A stretch of 51,791 nt of DNA from Paraburkholderia sp. (GTDB lineage Bacteria > Pseudomonadota > Gammaproteobacteria > Burkholderiales > Burkholderiaceae): NCBI GenBank assembly GCA_036502945.1, contig DASXXR010000303.1, forward strand, positions 1 through 51,791. Direction: 5' to 3'. Each line of letters starts with the position of its first letter. Positions within the stretch are counted from its first letter, which is position 1. A program made the position numbers and the translations under genes. Below the pieces are notes generated by a model. The model was not told the DNA's origin and did no database searches. It saw only the letters and a program-made list of their open reading frames with translations. Below are positions 49,548 to 51,791 of this stretch, piece by piece.

Positions 49548-51260
49548 ATGAATGCACGCGATCCCTCTTTTCTGTCCATCGCCTCGCGCTGCGCGCGTCT
49601 GCGCGAGATGCTTACCAGCAACGAACTGGAATTCCTGATGGAAGCGCATAACGGCCTGTCCGCGCGGATTGCGCGCGAAGCCGGCTTCCGTGGCATCTGG
49701 GCGTCCGGCCTCGCGATTTCGGCGCAGTACGGTGTGCGCGACAACAACGAGGCGAGCTGGACGCAGGTGGTGGATACGCTCGAATTCATGGCTGACGCGA
49801 GCGATCTGCCGATCCTGCTCGACGGCGACACCGGCTACGGCAACTTCAACAATGTGCGCCGCCTCGTGCGCAAGCTCGAGCAGCGCGGCATTGCGGGCGT
49901 CTGCATCGAAGACAAGCAGTTCCCGAAAACCAACAGCTTCATCAACGGCGAGCGCCAGCCGCTCGCGGAGATGGATGAGTTCTGCGGCAAGATCAAGGCC
50001 GGCAAGGACTCGCAGCAGGACGAGCATTTCTCGATCGTCGCACGCGTCGAAGCGCTGATCGCCGGCTGGGGCATGGACGAAGCGCTGCGCCGCGCCGAAG
50101 CGTACTGGCAGGCGGGTGCCGACGCGATCCTGATTCACAGCAAGCTGTCGAAGCCCGACGAGATCCTCACGTTCGCGCGCGAATGGGCCGGCCGCGGCCC
50201 GCTCGTGATCGTGCCGACCAAGTACTACAGCACGCCGACCGAAGTGTTCCGCAAAGCGGGTATCAGCACCGTGATCTGGGCGAACCACCAGATCCGCGCG
50301 GCGACCTCGGCGATGCAGGCGGTCGTCAAGGACATCTACGAGAACCAGACGCTCGTCAACGTCGAAGACCGCATCGCGGCGGTCAACGAGATCTTCCGCC
50401 TGCAGGATGCGGACGAATACTCGGAAGCTGAAGAACGCTATCTGTCGGCGTCGCGCGCGTCGGCTTCGGCGGTCGTGCTCGCGGCGAGCCGCGGCAAGGG
50501 CCTCGAGGCGGTCACCACTGACCGTCCGAAGGTGATGCTGCCGATCGCGGGCAAGCCGCTCTTGCGCTGGCTCGTCGATGCGTTCAAGAAGCAGGGCGTC
50601 AACGACATCACCGTGGTCGGCGGTTATCGCGCCGATGCGATCGATACGGCCGGCATCAAGCTCGTCGTCAACGAGCGCCATGAAGAGACGGGCGAACTCG
50701 CTTCGCTCGCGTGCGCGATCGACAGCTTGCAGAACGACACGGTCATCTCGTACGGCGATCTGCTGTTCCGCAGCTACATCGTGCGCGACCTCGTCGAAAG
50801 CGAAGCGGCGTTCAGCGTGGTCGTCGATTCGTCGGACACGCAGGCGATCAATCGCAACGTGCGCGATTTCGCGTGGTGCTCCGCCGCGGACGACCGCGGG
50901 CTGTTCGGCAACAAGGTGCTGCTGCGCCGCGTCTCGAGCGACGAAAGCGACGCGCCTGCCGGCGCCGCTGCCAAAGTGCCGCACGGCCGCTGGGTCGGGC
51001 TCCTGAACGTGCGCGGCGCGGGCCTGGCTCGCCTGCAGACGGTGATGACGGAACTGCGCGCGCGCCCCGAATTCGCCTCGCTCGACATGCCGGCGCTGCT
51101 CAACGCGCTGATCGAAGCCGGCGAAGCAATCGACGTGCAATACGTGCACGGTCACTGGCGCGGTGTCAACGACCTCGAAGATTTCCGCCGCGCAGGCGAC
51201 TTCGCGCATGCGCAGACGCCGCTCGCGCAAGGCAACGCCGGCGACGAGGGCGCGCAATGA
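49548..51260 (+). CDS. pepM: Phosphoenolpyruvate mutase fused to nucleotidyltransferase
   Basis: PepM signature EDKxxxxxNS ([10 protein letters not shown]), LDGDTGYG; C-terminal [14 protein letters not shown]-transferase domain. Confidence 0.95.
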   Translation: MNARDPSFLSIASRCARLREMLTSNELEFLMEAHNGLSARIAREAGFRGIWASGLAISAQYGVRDNNEASWTQVVDTLEFMADASDLPILLDGDTGYGNFNNVRRLVRKLEQRGIAGVCIEDKQFPKTNSFINGERQPLAEMDEFCGKIKAGKDSQQDEHFSIVARVEALIAGWGMDEALRRAEAYWQAGADAILIHSKLSKPDEILTFAREWAGRGPLVIVPTKYYSTPTEVFRKAGISTVIWANHQIRAATSAMQAVVKDIYENQTLVNVEDRIAAVNEIFRLQDADEYSEAEERYLSASRASASAVVLAASRGKGLEAVTTDRPKVMLPIAGKPLLRWLVDAFKKQGVNDITVVGGYRADAIDTAGIKLVVNERHEETGELASLACAIDSLQNDTVISYGDLLFRSYIVRDLVESEAAFSVVVDSSDTQAINRNVRDFAWCSAADDRGLFGNKVLLRRVSSDESDAPAGAAAKVPHGRWVGLLNVRGAGLARLQTVMTELRARPEFASLDMPALLNALIEAGEAIDVQYVHGHWRGVNDLEDFRRAGDFAHAQTPLAQGNAGDEGAQ

Positions 51261-51791
51261 TCGACGCTGCACAATTCGTCGAGGCGGCGCGCGAGCGCGG
51301 CTTCGACTGGTATGCGGGCGTGCCCTGTTCGTTTCTGACGCCGTTCATCAACTACGTGTTGCAGGACCCGTCGCTGCACTATGTGTCGGCGGCGAACGAA
51401 GGCGACGCGGTGGCGCTGATCGCCGGCGTGACGCTCGGCGCGCGCAAGGGCCGGCGCGGCGTGACGATGATGCAGAACTCCGGCCTCGGCAATGCGGTGA
51501 GCCCGCTGACGTCGCTCACGTGGACGTTCCGTCTGCCGCAACTGCTGATCGTGACATGGCGCGGCCAGCCGGGCGTAGCCGACGAGCCGCAGCACGCGCT
51601 GATGGGCCCCGTCACACCGGCGATGCTCGACACGATGGAGATTCCGTGGGAGACGTTCCCGACGGAACCCGAAGCGATCGGCCCCGCGCTCGACCGCGCG
51701 ACGGCGCACATGGATGCAACGGGCCGCCCGTACGCGCTCGTGATGCAGAAAGGCAGTGTCGCGCCCTATGAACTGAAGGCGGCCGCACCCG
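51257..51791 (+). CDS. ppd: Phosphonopyruvate decarboxylase (5' part, runs off the window)
   Basis: Manual translation [47 protein letters not shown]; ATGA overlap with pepM. Confidence 0.92.
   Translation, partial: MIDAAQFVEAARERGFDWYAGVPCSFLTPFINYVLQDPSLHYVSAANEGDAVALIAGVTLGARKGRRGVTMMQNSGLGNAVSPLTSLTWTFRLPQLLIVTWRGQPGVADEPQHALMGPVTPAMLDTMEIPWETFPTEPEAIGPALDRATAHMDATGRPYALVMQKGSVAPYELKAAAP

Noticed and set aside
47411-51272. Long antisense or alternate-frame ORFs (47411..49084, 49524..51272, also 3383..4798, 15961..17490 and 35734..36843)
   Set aside because: Shadow ORFs of well-supported genes, caused by high-GC codon bias

Overview
GC-rich betaproteobacterial chromosome segment; the gene content suggests Burkholderia/Paraburkholderia, which is an inference. 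The flanks carry two same-strand halves of a probable phosphonate/phosphonolipid pathway (2.1-5.4 kb; pepM-ppd at 49.5 kb to the end). Between them are housekeeping and accessory genes: MFS, ggt, a vapBC-type TA pair, ppk2, Pit, a GGDEF protein, DedA proteins, H-NS, an ftsI paralog, aqpZ and an MCP. The main feature is a ~20 kb locus at ~20.9-41.4 kb. It encodes five small proteins that all begin with an exactly 26-aa double-glycine leader; none has Cys, and four have homologous N/Q/V-rich cores. It also encodes a type I export machine (cNMP-cNMP-C39-ABC transporter, HlyD, TolC-like lipoprotein, PpiC foldase) and a Ser/Thr kinase, double-FHA protein and PP2C phosphatase. A secreted caspase-FGE fusion, two DUF4399 proteins and a sigma54 activator complete it. 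Four promoters in the locus share one palindrome + IHF + sigma54 architecture. No RiPP-modifying enzyme is present, so the cargo may be an unmodified peptide or subunits of an amyloid-like fibre (hypothesis). A CNF1-type deamidase-domain protein lies just downstream. All assignments come from reading motifs by eye; no database searches were run.
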